Shown here: positions 15,617-24,509 of the stretch, one piece after another | Position numbering within the stretch: the first letter of the stretch is position 1 | How the letters are laid out: the number at the start of each line of letters is the position of its first letter | Assembly (NCBI GenBank): GCA_023137195.1 | Contig: JAGLPV010000022.1 | Span: forward strand, 1-24,509 | Source of the DNA: Candidatus Aenigmatarchaeota archaeon | GTDB lineage: Archaea > EX4484-52 | Direction of reading: 5' to 3' | Length of the DNA stretch: 24,509 nucleotides | The notes under the pieces: generated by a model | Databases searched by the model: none | What the model was told of the DNA's origin: nothing | The model's input: the letters and a program-made list of their open reading frames with translations, nothing else | Translations under genes and position numbers: made by a program

Positions 15617-15856
15617 CAAATTTTTTAACGAAAAACAATAAAAGAGTCTTATGCTAATTACTACTTTTAATGTCGTAAATAAAGTTCCTGATGTAAAATA
15701 CACTTTATTTAGATACGAAAAAATTTTCATGTTGCAATAAAAGAGTCTTATGAAATTTACTTCTTTTAATGTTGTGTCTAAATTTGTACGCAATATACAT
15801 TTTATACCCAATATCTAAAGTTCCTTGCGAAATTATATACTTATATACACAATAAG
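15617..15856. mobile_element. Non-autonomous modular palindromic insertion element, copy 2 (240 bp)
   Basis: Flanked by ACAAG (15612-15616) and ATAAG (15852-15856). Homologous to 925-1081 plus two extra modules. Removal joins the kinase-like ORF in frame to LVPFIISII* ending at 15587. Confidence 0.8.
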
Positions 15857-16468
15857 AAAAATTATTGACTCTCCAGTCATACCGGAAAATACAGGCACGA
15901 TTAAATTATCATCCAATCTTCCGCTTATGGTCTCAACTATTGTCGCAACAGTTGCCATTGCTATCAAAATGACCCACCATGTAGGAGAAATAGCCCCAAC
16001 AAACAGCCAAAGATAAATCATTCCTGCAAGCATATCGGCAACAAATTCTGCGAAGACGCCCTCTGTTGCCTTGTTTTTTAACCCGGGGATAAAATGCTTT
16101 CCATATGCCCTGCCGAAAATCGCGGCAGAGGCATCGCCAAAAACAGCCATAAGTATCGACATTATTGCGACTTCCTTTGAAAAAACAGAAATCACAAGAA
16201 TCGCTCCAATTTCAAAGTACACGTGCCCGGCAAGTGTCTTTCTTTCTTTTTTCCTGTATGTTGCATCAAAAAACGGTATTTTTACGCCGTGCTCTATTCT
16301 CAAATATTCTGCTTCCAGTGCTATGACTAATGCAATCATAAGAACGATAAGGGTGATTTGCTTGCCAAAAAATTCATATAAAAGCACAATGAACAAGGCA
16401 TTCATGTGGATTAATTTCCTCATCAATTCTGTGGCAAATGAATATTTTTTTATTTTGGATGAGTTCAT
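15833..16468 (-). CDS. Dolichol/phytol kinase-like (CTP-dependent polyprenol kinase / SEC59 family) membrane protein
   Basis: E..RKLIH, GD..AA.FG..YG, K..EG, ET....DDNL..P. The current last residues (IVYISI*) are encoded by the inserted element. Confidence 0.85.
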   Translation of the reverse strand: MNSSKIKKYSFATELMRKLIHMNALFIVLLYEFFGKQITLIVLMIALVIALEAEYLRIEHGVKIPFFDATYRKKERKTLAGHVYFEIGAILVISVFSKEVAIMSILMAVFGDASAAIFGRAYGKHFIPGLKNKATEGVFAEFVADMLAGMIYLWLFVGAISPTWWVILIAMATVATIVETISGRLDDNLIVPVFSGMTGESIIFLIVYISI

Positions 16469-16553
16469 ACTATCTATTGCCCTGCAAAGATTAAATAGTT
16501 TTTTGCATTTGCATAATTCAAAAGATTATTAAATCATTCTTCTTTTTTTATGC

Positions 16554-18680
16554 ATGGGTGATGGAGAAAAAGAACTGGATTACTTGTTTGCGCTAAAAGC
16601 ACTGGACGAGATATCCTTTGGTGTCGGGAAAAAACTGTTGATAGATTTCCTAAAGGGTGATGAAACCAACAAATCAATCGCCCGGAACTCTTTGGCGTCA
16701 AAGAAAAATTTTGGAATCCTTGCTTATGATGATGATGAACTCAACGCGATGATAGACAATCTTATTCTAAATGACCTTATTAGACTAACTTCTGTTAACG
16801 GCAAGAAGTTCTGGAAAGTGTTGGAATTGACTGAAAAAGGAGAAAAAGAAATCGACAACCCTTCTTTGTATAAAAAAAAGCTGTCGTTTAATTTTAAGGA
16901 AACCCAGACGCAAATAACACAAAAGGAGAAGGAATTATTTGAAAAATACAGTGATTTTCTCGGGCAGTTTAATGATGAGCAGAAAAAGGCAATCTTAAGT
17001 TCCAATAAGCATATTTTGTGCCTTGCTGGGGCGGGTTCGGGAAAAACTACTGTGCTTACAAAGAGGATTGAATTTTTGGTAAAGTACTGCTCTGTCGACC
17101 CGAAAAAGATACTGGCAATTACATTTACCAGGAAAGCGCGGGCTGAAATGATGAGACGGCTGGAGCAGTTAAGTGAAGTTAATATTGAAACATTCAATTC
17201 ATTTTGCGAGAAGATTTTGAGACAGCATAATAATTTAATATATAACAAGCCGGTCCGGGTCATTAATTACAGGGACAAGATTGTGATGGTCAACAAGGCG
17301 CTTTCCAGTTTGAATATAGCACCTGAAAATGCAATAACTATTTATTTCAGTCCTGCCCAAAGAGGAGGAAAAACTGTTGAGCAGTTATTCAATATATTTA
17401 TGAATGACTGCTTTTTTATCCGGGATTATTATAAGTTCAAGAACAAACTCCTGCGGAACTTGTCTTTTGAAACTGCTGACAAAGACCATAAAAAAAGCGC
17501 AGATTTGGTATTCGGAGTGTGCAATTATATCGAGGCTTATATGAAAAAATATGGTCTGCGTGATTTTGCAGACCAGTTGGTTGATGCGATAAAACTGTTT
17601 GAAAAGCATAATGAACTGATACCTAAATTTGAGCATGTGCTTATAGACGAATACCAGGATGTCAATTCTACGCAGATTAAACTTGTTGATATTCTTGATT
17701 CTCCTAATTTGTTTTGCGTGGGGGATCCAAGGCAATCTATATATGGATGGAGAGGGTCAGATATAAGATATATACTTAATTTCGAGGACAAATATCCTGA
17801 CTGCGACATAATCACACTGACGAAAAATTACAGGTCTACAGAGCATATTGTGGAGTTGATAAATAAGTCTATTAGGAATATGGGACTGGCAGATTTACAT
17901 TCTACAATTGAGGGAGAGAAAAATATCAATCTTCTGAAATTTGGGTCGGAAGATGCCGAGTTTGAATTCGTGCTCCAAAAAATACTTGCCTCAGAACTTC
18001 CGAAAAAAGAAATATTTGTGCTGGCACGAGTCAACAGGCAGTTGACTGAAATGTCGCAGAGAATGAAACTTGCCGGGATAAAGCATGTTGTGAGAAGCGA
18101 TGAAATGAAAAGGAGTAGTAAAGCAAGAACAGAAGAGGTAACTCTTGCGACCATCCATGCGATTAAGGGGATGGAAGCTAAAATGGTTTTTGTTGTCGGG
18201 TGTAATGCTCTTAATTTTCCATGCAAAGGCAGTGAACATCCTGTTGTGGATATGGTGAAGGTCGAGGAATATGATAAGGAAGAGGAGGAGAGGCGGCTTT
18301 TTTATGTTGCTATGAGCAGGGCAAAAAATAGTTTGTACCTGACATATCCAAGCAAAAAACCCACTTATTTCATAACGAAAAGCATGCTTGAAATAATGGA
18401 CGGAAAACAAGAGAAAATGTCTCCGAAATCAAAAAAGAAGCTTATTGATGTCGACATGTCTAAATTATCGGGGGATTTGGTGACCAGATTAAAGAAGTGG
18501 AGAGGGTCTCTTGCAAGGGATATGGAACTTCCTGCTTATTGCATACTGCATGACAGGACTCTGCTTGAAATAGCGCAGAAAATACCGAAGAGTTCTGCTG
18601 AACTGGGAGAGATACATGGTCTTGGACCTGCAAAGATTGAGAAGTACGGGGCGGATATTTTGCAGGTTGTCAAGGGTTGA
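16554..18680 (+). CDS. SF1A UvrD/PcrA-like helicase with N-terminal RQC-like and C-terminal HRDC domains
   Basis: AGAGSGKT, IDEYQD, VGDPRQSIYGWRG, LTKNYRS, TIH..KG.E, EERRLFYVAMSRAK. HRDC: L..WR..LA....LPAY.I..D.TL..IA...P...EL..I.G.G..K.EKYG. Confidence 0.9.
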   Translation: MGDGEKELDYLFALKALDEISFGVGKKLLIDFLKGDETNKSIARNSLASKKNFGILAYDDDELNAMIDNLILNDLIRLTSVNGKKFWKVLELTEKGEKEIDNPSLYKKKLSFNFKETQTQITQKEKELFEKYSDFLGQFNDEQKKAILSSNKHILCLAGAGSGKTTVLTKRIEFLVKYCSVDPKKILAITFTRKARAEMMRRLEQLSEVNIETFNSFCEKILRQHNNLIYNKPVRVINYRDKIVMVNKALSSLNIAPENAITIYFSPAQRGGKTVEQLFNIFMNDCFFIRDYYKFKNKLLRNLSFETADKDHKKSADLVFGVCNYIEAYMKKYGLRDFADQLVDAIKLFEKHNELIPKFEHVLIDEYQDVNSTQIKLVDILDSPNLFCVGDPRQSIYGWRGSDIRYILNFEDKYPDCDIITLTKNYRSTEHIVELINKSIRNMGLADLHSTIEGEKNINLLKFGSEDAEFEFVLQKILASELPKKEIFVLARVNRQLTEMSQRMKLAGIKHVVRSDEMKRSSKARTEEVTLATIHAIKGMEAKMVFVVGCNALNFPCKGSEHPVVDMVKVEEYDKEEEERRLFYVAMSRAKNSLYLTYPSKKPTYFITKSMLEIMDGKQEKMSPKSKKKLIDVDMSKLSGDLVTRLKKWRGSLARDMELPAYCILHDRTLLEIAQKIPKSSAELGEIHGLGPAKIEKYGADILQVVKG

Positions 18681-18724
18681 TTTGACATTACTGACCGATT
18701 TATTGGTTTTTTCAATATTCCTAA

Positions 18725-20071
18725 TTAATCCAGTTTAGCCAATGCTGATTGAGCAGCTGTTATCAATGGATAAACTGTTGGTGCTGTAGTCAAAAGCGGA
18801 TGTGTGGAAAATTGCATAGTCTGGAAATCGTAAACAGTAAGTTCATTTTGAATTGCCAATGCAAGGATGTTTATCATTTCACTTATGCTTTCCGGACCGG
18901 ATATCTGGGCTCCCAGCAAGGCTTTGGATGTTTTAGAGAAAATAAGCTTGACCTTGATGCTGCCTGTATTTGGCAATGTTCCAGGGTGGTGATTCGGGCA
19001 TTGGCTTGTACCGAGGAGGATGTCAAAACCTTCTTTTTTAGCCCTGTTTTCTGTAATTCCTGTTCCTCCTAAAACCAAACCATCAATACATGTTGAAAAT
19101 GAGGAGAGAGTTCCTTTAGTTTCTCTTAAATCATTTAATTGATATAGATTAGCGGCAACTATTCTTGCTTTAGTTGTTGCTGTGGAAGCCAGCATTATTG
19201 GAATATGTTTGCCTGTGAAAAAGTCTCTTGTTTCTGCACAATCGCCTATTGCAAAAATATCAGGGACATTTGTTCTCATGTATTCGTCTACCCTGATTCC
19301 GTTATAATCGCCCAGTTTAATTCCCGGCTCTTTTGTCAAATCAATGTTGGGTCTTGCTCCTATGGCTAAAATTACTATGTCTGCCGGAATTGTTTTTCCG
19401 TTGTCTAATTTTACATATTCTACTCTATTCTTTCCTGTGATTTGGTTTACTGAACAGTTGGTATATAGTTTAACTCCTTTTTGTTTTAGTTTTTCTTCTG
19501 CCTCGACAGCAAATTCTTTATCTAAAGTTGTTATCAGGCAATTGTCTAATTTTTCAACGAGACTTATATTTAATCCGTTTATATTAATTAATTCTTCTGC
19601 TATTTCTACGCCAATAAAACCGCCGCCGAGAATTACGATATTCTTTGATTTTAATACTTCCTGGCGTAATTTTTTCAAATATTCTAAATCCTTTTCAACT
19701 CTCCAAACTCCTTTTTTATCGATTCCGTCAATGGGGATTGTGATTGGTTTTGAGCCAACTGCCAAAATTAGTTTATCGTAACTTATGTTTTTACCGCTTT
19801 TAAGATCGACTGTTTTAGCGGTTTTATCAATTTTTACTGCTTTATCAATGAGTATATCAATTTTATTTGCTTCTAAACCATTGTCCGGCATTATGTTTTT
19901 TTCAGCAGAATCCAGGCGATTGAAGATATATGGAATGCCGCAGGGAATTACTGCTTTTTCTGTTTCTCTAACCAATGCAATTTTTTTAGAAGGATTGTTC
20001 TTTCTTGCGGTAACTGCAGCAACTACTCCTGCCGGACCGCCACCAATTATTAAAATATCTGTTTTTGCCAT
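18725..20071 (-). CDS. FAD-dependent pyridine nucleotide-disulfide oxidoreductase (NADH oxidase / CoA-disulfide reductase family)
   Basis: GGGPAG, single redox Cys in PCGIPY, GGGFIG.E, T..PDIFAIGDC, C-terminal dimerisation domain. Confidence 0.9.
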   Translation of the reverse strand: MAKTDILIIGGGPAGVVAAVTARKNNPSKKIALVRETEKAVIPCGIPYIFNRLDSAEKNIMPDNGLEANKIDILIDKAVKIDKTAKTVDLKSGKNISYDKLILAVGSKPITIPIDGIDKKGVWRVEKDLEYLKKLRQEVLKSKNIVILGGGFIGVEIAEELININGLNISLVEKLDNCLITTLDKEFAVEAEEKLKQKGVKLYTNCSVNQITGKNRVEYVKLDNGKTIPADIVILAIGARPNIDLTKEPGIKLGDYNGIRVDEYMRTNVPDIFAIGDCAETRDFFTGKHIPIMLASTATTKARIVAANLYQLNDLRETKGTLSSFSTCIDGLVLGGTGITENRAKKEGFDILLGTSQCPNHHPGTLPNTGSIKVKLIFSKTSKALLGAQISGPESISEMINILALAIQNELTVYDFQTMQFSTHPLLTTAPTVYPLITAAQSALAKLD

Positions 20072-20169
20072 GACATGATTGCAAGTTGAATTATTTAAAT
20101 ATTTCTAATGGATTTTCTCTTTATAGCAAAACACATAATATATTTAATAGCATTTATGTATTTTGCTAG

Positions 20170-20391
20170 TATATTCGACCGCAAAGAGCGGGTGAATATA
20201 TTCGAAGACGCAATTAGCATAACGGGTAATATAATTGCGTTTGAGATTATATCGCGCCACATTACTTGCATTACTTTTGTGTCGTGATATAAAGTAAGAA
20301 ATTCTGTCTTATTATTTTTTTGATTATATGTATAGTGTGAACTTTATTCTGCTATCTCACAACACAAAAGCAATACGGGTATGTGGAGTGA
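20170..20391. other. Cluster of three hairpins, including a ~140-nt imperfect inverted repeat
   Basis: tatattc..gaatata (20170-20200); agacgcaatta/taattgcgttt (20206-20242); ccacat..ttttgtgtcgtga / tcacaacacaaaa..atgtgg (about 20252-20391). Confidence 0.6.
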
Positions 20392-20522
20392 GACTATCCA
20401 GAAAACTCCGGCGATTATCGCTGATTCCATGAAAAGATATTTAAAGTAATTATCTATATTAACTATATTGAACTCAGATAAAGAGTCACTTCTTTTGGAA
20501 TTTAATTAAAAAGGTAAAAACT

Positions 20523-21077
20523 ATGATAGAGACGATATTGATAGAAAGGATGATATACATTTTCTTTATGTGTGCAGGTATGCGTTGCATAAGAACAGTA
20601 CAGGAAATAACCCGGATACAGGGTCAAAAAAAAGCAACTTCTGTACTGATTGCTTTAGATACGACATTATTCTTATTTGTATTCCGGGATGTTCTGGTTG
20701 GTGAACCCAATATGATTATTTTTCTGACAATAGCAGCAGGTTATATTGCGGGATACTACATTGGCAGTTATATTGAAGAGAAGATGGCACTTGGAAAAGT
20801 CGAGGTTTCAATCAAGATAGGAAAAGAACACTCTCATAAACTGGCTCGTGTCCTGCGTGAGAATGGTTTTATATTTATCCAGTCAAAAAGATATTACTCT
20901 CATAAAGGCAAACTCAGGAAAATGCATGAAGGGATAATATACAGGAAAGAGCTTCCAAAACTAAAGAAGATAACCGAAGAGTTTAATATTGTCGGAGTTG
21001 TAAGCGATATAAAATCAACATTTGGAAAAGAGATTTTTAGCACAAAGGAATATCTTAAAATTAATAAGGAGATTTAA
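20523..21077 (+). CDS. DUF5698/DUF2179 (UPF0316-like) membrane protein
   Basis: Three N-terminal TM helices, A.GY..G.Y.G..IEEKMALG, LA..LRE.GF. Confidence 0.75.
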   Translation: MIETILIERMIYIFFMCAGMRCIRTVQEITRIQGQKKATSVLIALDTTLFLFVFRDVLVGEPNMIIFLTIAAGYIAGYYIGSYIEEKMALGKVEVSIKIGKEHSHKLARVLRENGFIFIQSKRYYSHKGKLRKMHEGIIYRKELPKLKKITEEFNIVGVVSDIKSTFGKEIFSTKEYLKINKEI

Positions 21078-21141
21078 GGGATAAAATATTCTCTGATTAT
21101 AAAGTAATCTATGCATATTCTGCGGGCTGCACATTCCTCTT

Positions 21142-22323
21142 CTACAATGCTTTATGTTTGTGCAGGAAAAGTAAGGATATCACTCCAAAAATCAAAAAAA
21201 TAGTTCCTGATGTTAACAATGCTGTCTGCAATGAATAGATGTCTGCCACCCATCCCATGAATGGACCGATTATTGCAAATATCAATCTGCCGACTAAATT
21301 CTTAATGGACAGAACAGTTGCTCTCATATCAGATGAGATTAATTTGTTTACATAATCTTTCAATACAGGGCTGCTTATCCCTCTTACAAAATAAGATAAG
21401 AAAATGAAAATGATTGACCATAAGGATTGAAATAATCCTAATAAAATGTATCCTGCGAAGGAAATGAATATCAAAGAGATCAGGGATTTTTTTCTGCCGA
21501 CTATGCTTTCGAATTTATGCGCGTATAGAGAAAATATGCCGACGGAAAAGTTGAGTATTCCCCATACTATCCCGAAGTATGCAAGAGGCAAATTGACGAG
21601 CAGGAAATATGGCTGAATAAACCAGACCATAGTCAATGTTGATGCCACGGTAAATCCTGCATAAAAAATCAGGCATTTGACTTCCTTGTGGTCGTTTAAG
21701 GAGTATTTGACAATCTTCATGATTTCTTTTAAACTTCCTTCTTTATTTTTGTATTTGTGCCTTTTTGGTTCAACCAAAGATAAGGCTATAGGAATGGTCA
21801 GAAACATCAATGCGGTTTCTACAAAAAAGGGTGTCCTTAAATTGATTAAGGCAAGGAAACCTCCGATTATGCTTGCTATACCTTCAGAGAAATTCCCTGC
21901 CGAGAGCATTCTTCCTTCAATTTTTTTGTATTCTTTTTCTTTTTTTAACTGTAGTAGAGTATCGTAAATAATTGCTGAATCAGTACCGGATATGAAACTG
22001 GTTCCCAGTCCTAAAAGTAATTCAGCGATAAGGAATCCCATAAATCCATAAGAAAATGAATATGTCAGGAGACCGAGAAATCCAAAAATGCAACCAAGAA
22101 CTATTGTTGTTTTTCTGCCGACTACATCAGAGAAATAACCTGAAGGGATTTCAAATAATACTACTCCTATTGAAAATAATGATTGCAATAAAAGAATTTC
22201 TTTCATTGATAAACCGTTTTCCTGGAAGAATAATACTATGGTGGGCATTATCAGCAGGAACCAACGTAATGTTTTTATTATGTATAATTTCCAGATGTTT
22301 GAGGAGAGGTTGTTGTTTGTCAT
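21142..22323 (-). CDS. MFS transporter
   Basis: About 12 TM helices, FEIPSG.FSD..GRK, SG.D.A..YD, RAT.LS. Confidence 0.92.
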   Translation of the reverse strand: MTNNNLSSNIWKLYIIKTLRWFLLIMPTIVLFFQENGLSMKEILLLQSLFSIGVVLFEIPSGYFSDVVGRKTTIVLGCIFGFLGLLTYSFSYGFMGFLIAELLLGLGTSFISGTDSAIIYDTLLQLKKEKEYKKIEGRMLSAGNFSEGIASIIGGFLALINLRTPFFVETALMFLTIPIALSLVEPKRHKYKNKEGSLKEIMKIVKYSLNDHKEVKCLIFYAGFTVASTLTMVWFIQPYFLLVNLPLAYFGIVWGILNFSVGIFSLYAHKFESIVGRKKSLISLIFISFAGYILLGLFQSLWSIIFIFLSYFVRGISSPVLKDYVNKLISSDMRATVLSIKNLVGRLIFAIIGPFMGWVADIYSLQTALLTSGTIFLIFGVISLLFLHKHKAL

Positions 22324-22470
22324 TATTATTTAATTGGGAGAAAAGTTAATATAAAATTATCGGAATGGTTGAGCAGGACACAAAGAAGAAATTAAATGTA
22401 CTTTAGTGTATCTGACCCAATATCCCCATTAGATTAAAATAACTTTTATTTTTCCCCTGTAATTAAAATC

Positions 22471-22478
22471 TTATAAAA
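22471..22478 (+). promoter_or_regulatory. Candidate archaeal TATA box for pheS
   Basis: TTATAAAA about 25 nt before ATG 22500, with an A-rich BRE-like sequence upstream. Confidence 0.45.
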
Positions 22479-22499
22479 ATAACCCTACATATATTATCC

Positions 22500-24047
22500 A
22501 TGAACAATGATTATTCGCAAATTCTAAACACTCTCTCTGAATCAGAGAGAAAACTTTTCCCTTACTTGAAAAAGACCCTTGACTTAGAGAAACTTATAGA
22601 ACTCTCGGGCATGGAAAAAGTTGAGGTAATGCGCGCCCTTATGTGGCTTTCAAACAAGGAAATAGTCGAGACAAAAATATCTTCCTTCAATGCTGTTGTG
22701 CTTGATGTTTTCGGGGAGCAGTACAGGAAGGAGGGATTCCCTGAAAAAAAGATACTGGTATTTCTGTCAAAAAGCAATAAAGCAGATACTAAAGAACTTT
22801 CAGAAAAACTGAAATTAAGCCAAGGGGAGGTATCCTCGACTATCGGGATATTGAGGAGAAGCAATGCTGTGAATATAGAGAAAAAAGACAACAAGCTGTA
22901 TTTAACTATCACAGAGGAAGGGGAAAACATCGCGGGAAAAAAGACAGATGAGGAAAAGTTCCTTGAGAAAAAATTTCCGTTGAAGGCGGAGTCTCTGACA
23001 AGTGGCGAGAAAAAAATAGTGGATGAACTCAAGCTCAGGAAGAGTTTTATTAAAGTACAGACAATCAGGCATACGGATATTAAACTTACAGAAACAGGGG
23101 GAAAAATTATAAATGTTGATTATGATTTTGGAAATACTGTAGATACGCTCTCCTCTTCCATGCTAAAGGATGGAAGCTGGAAGAACAAAAAATTCAGGGA
23201 ATATGACATCTCTTCTCCTGTGCCGAAAATACAGAGAGGGAGGAGGCATCCTGTGAAGGAGGCATGTAATTTAATACGGGATGTATTTCTTGAGATGGGA
23301 TTCCAGGAGATGTCGGGTCCCTGGGTCGAGACGGCATTCTGGTGCATGGATTCTATGTGGATTCCGCAGGACCATCCTGCTCGCGATGTCCAGGACACTT
23401 TTTATATCGGTAAAAAAGGAGATTTGCCGGATAAAAAACTTGTAAAAAAAGTAAAAGAAGCGCATGAAAATGGCGGAGATACCGGCTCAACCGGTTATAT
23501 GCATGAGTGGGAAGATGACAAAGCAAAAGAACTGCTTATGAGGACTCACAGCACAGCAACTACATTCCGGATGTTTGGTCTTGAAAAAGTGAATTGCGAC
23601 TGTAAGTATTTTTATATTGCGAATACATTTAGGAACGAGGCGGTTGATGCAACGCATCTGCCGGAATTTTTGCAGGCAGAAGGATTTATCATGGCGGATG
23701 ATTTGACGCTTTCTGACTTAATGGGATTTATCAAGGAATTTTATTCAAAGCTTGGAATCAAGAAGATTCGGTTCAAGCCCACATACAATCCTTATACTGA
23801 GCCGAGCATGGAGGCGCATTACTATGATGAAAAGAAGAAGAAATGGTATGCTCTTATCAACTCGGGGATTTTCAGACCCGAGGCATTGTATCCTTACGGG
23901 ATAAAGAAAACAGTGATTGCATGGGGGATGGGTGTCAGCAGGATTGCATCTCTGCTCAACAGGAAAAACAATTTAAGGGAGCTTGTGGGGGCAACCTGCG
24001 ATATTGAGTGGATACAGAACCACAAAGCGCTCGGAAGAAAATTGTAA
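22500..24047 (+). CDS. pheS: Phenylalanine-tRNA ligase alpha subunit, archaeal type
   Basis: Long N-terminal winged-helix region, GRRHP, PQDHPARD.QDTF, RTHST, FRNE..DATHL.EF.Q.EG, YNPYTEPS.E, NSGIFRPE, AWG.G. Confidence 0.97.
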   Translation: MNNDYSQILNTLSESERKLFPYLKKTLDLEKLIELSGMEKVEVMRALMWLSNKEIVETKISSFNAVVLDVFGEQYRKEGFPEKKILVFLSKSNKADTKELSEKLKLSQGEVSSTIGILRRSNAVNIEKKDNKLYLTITEEGENIAGKKTDEEKFLEKKFPLKAESLTSGEKKIVDELKLRKSFIKVQTIRHTDIKLTETGGKIINVDYDFGNTVDTLSSSMLKDGSWKNKKFREYDISSPVPKIQRGRRHPVKEACNLIRDVFLEMGFQEMSGPWVETAFWCMDSMWIPQDHPARDVQDTFYIGKKGDLPDKKLVKKVKEAHENGGDTGSTGYMHEWEDDKAKELLMRTHSTATTFRMFGLEKVNCDCKYFYIANTFRNEAVDATHLPEFLQAEGFIMADDLTLSDLMGFIKEFYSKLGIKKIRFKPTYNPYTEPSMEAHYYDEKKKKWYALINSGIFRPEALYPYGIKKTVIAWGMGVSRIASLLNRKNNLRELVGATCDIEWIQNHKALGRKL

Positions 24048-24452
24048 ATGATTATGATTCGTAAATCGCTTTCAAATATTTATGAAGCACTACTGGTCTT
24101 TATTATTATAAGCAGTCTTATTATGTACGCTACTGCTTTTGAAAACAATTCATTGCATGATTTTTCTAAAACTACAAAGAAGCAAAAGATGGGAGATACA
24201 TGCTATCTGTTGTATGATGCAGGGTATTTTTATACGGATAATGCTAGTTATCTAAAAAATAAAATCCAGGAATATGCACCCCAGTATCTTGTTGATGTGG
24301 TGATAAAAAATGCGACGGACAATAGCATAATTTCGTCGGAAAGGGAATGTGAAAACCGGCTTACGAAGTATTGCGTTTCGTATCTTCTTAGTTCGCAATA
24401 TGAAAACAGTAGTGTTTATGATCCTGTTAAAACTGTTGTCTGCGGATGCTGA
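24048..24452 (+). CDS. Hypothetical protein with an N-terminal hydrophobic anchor
   Basis: 134-aa ORF abutting the pheS stop; RKS-LSNIYEALLVFIII loosely resembles a class III signal peptide. Confidence 0.65.
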   Translation: MIMIRKSLSNIYEALLVFIIISSLIMYATAFENNSLHDFSKTTKKQKMGDTCYLLYDAGYFYTDNASYLKNKIQEYAPQYLVDVVIKNATDNSIISSERECENRLTKYCVSYLLSSQYENSSVYDPVKTVVCGC

Positions 24453-24466
24453 ATTAATGCACGGAT

Positions 24467-24490
24467 GCGAAAAAAGCTCTGCTTTTTTGC
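24467..24490. terminator. Short hairpin with T tract
   Basis: aaaaaagc-tct-gctttttt, 15 nt after the stop at 24452. Confidence 0.35.
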
Positions 24491-24509
24491 ATATTCAATT
24501 TCATTGAAT

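Noticed and set aside
15636-15852. CRISPR array
   Set aside because: No constant repeat alternating with unique spacers; the units are diverged palindromes; no cas genes in the window.
20400-20522. Known riboswitch upstream of the DUF5698 gene
   Set aside because: No fluoride, TPP, FMN or c-di-AMP consensus recognisable by eye.

Overview
This is a low-GC archaeal chromosome segment, shown by archaeal-type uL2, Rrp42, a long-N-terminus PheS, a 7S-type SRP RNA and TATA boxes about 25 nt before start codons. A DPANN-like host is inferred, not proven. The left part (about 1.26-6.8 kb) is an accessory patchwork of single genes separated by structured, partly repeated spacers, next to a minus-strand SRP RNA / tRNA-Arg(CCU) / tRNA-Leu(AAG) cluster. 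The right part holds scattered housekeeping genes (ald, purF, rpl2, rrp42, pheS), an RQC-UvrD-HRDC helicase and a stand-alone AglB/STT3 C-terminal-domain lipoprotein locus. The main discovery is a non-coding insertion element built from ~40-bp palindromic modules, present twice (925-1081, 157 bp; 15617-15856, 240 bp) at the same reconstructed target, ACAAG^AAAAA. Removing each copy restores a reading frame exactly: a 95-aa SemiSWEET/PQ-loop transporter missed by the ORF track, and a candidate original C-terminus of a dolichol/phytol-kinase-like gene. All family assignments come from motif recognition by eye, with no database searches.
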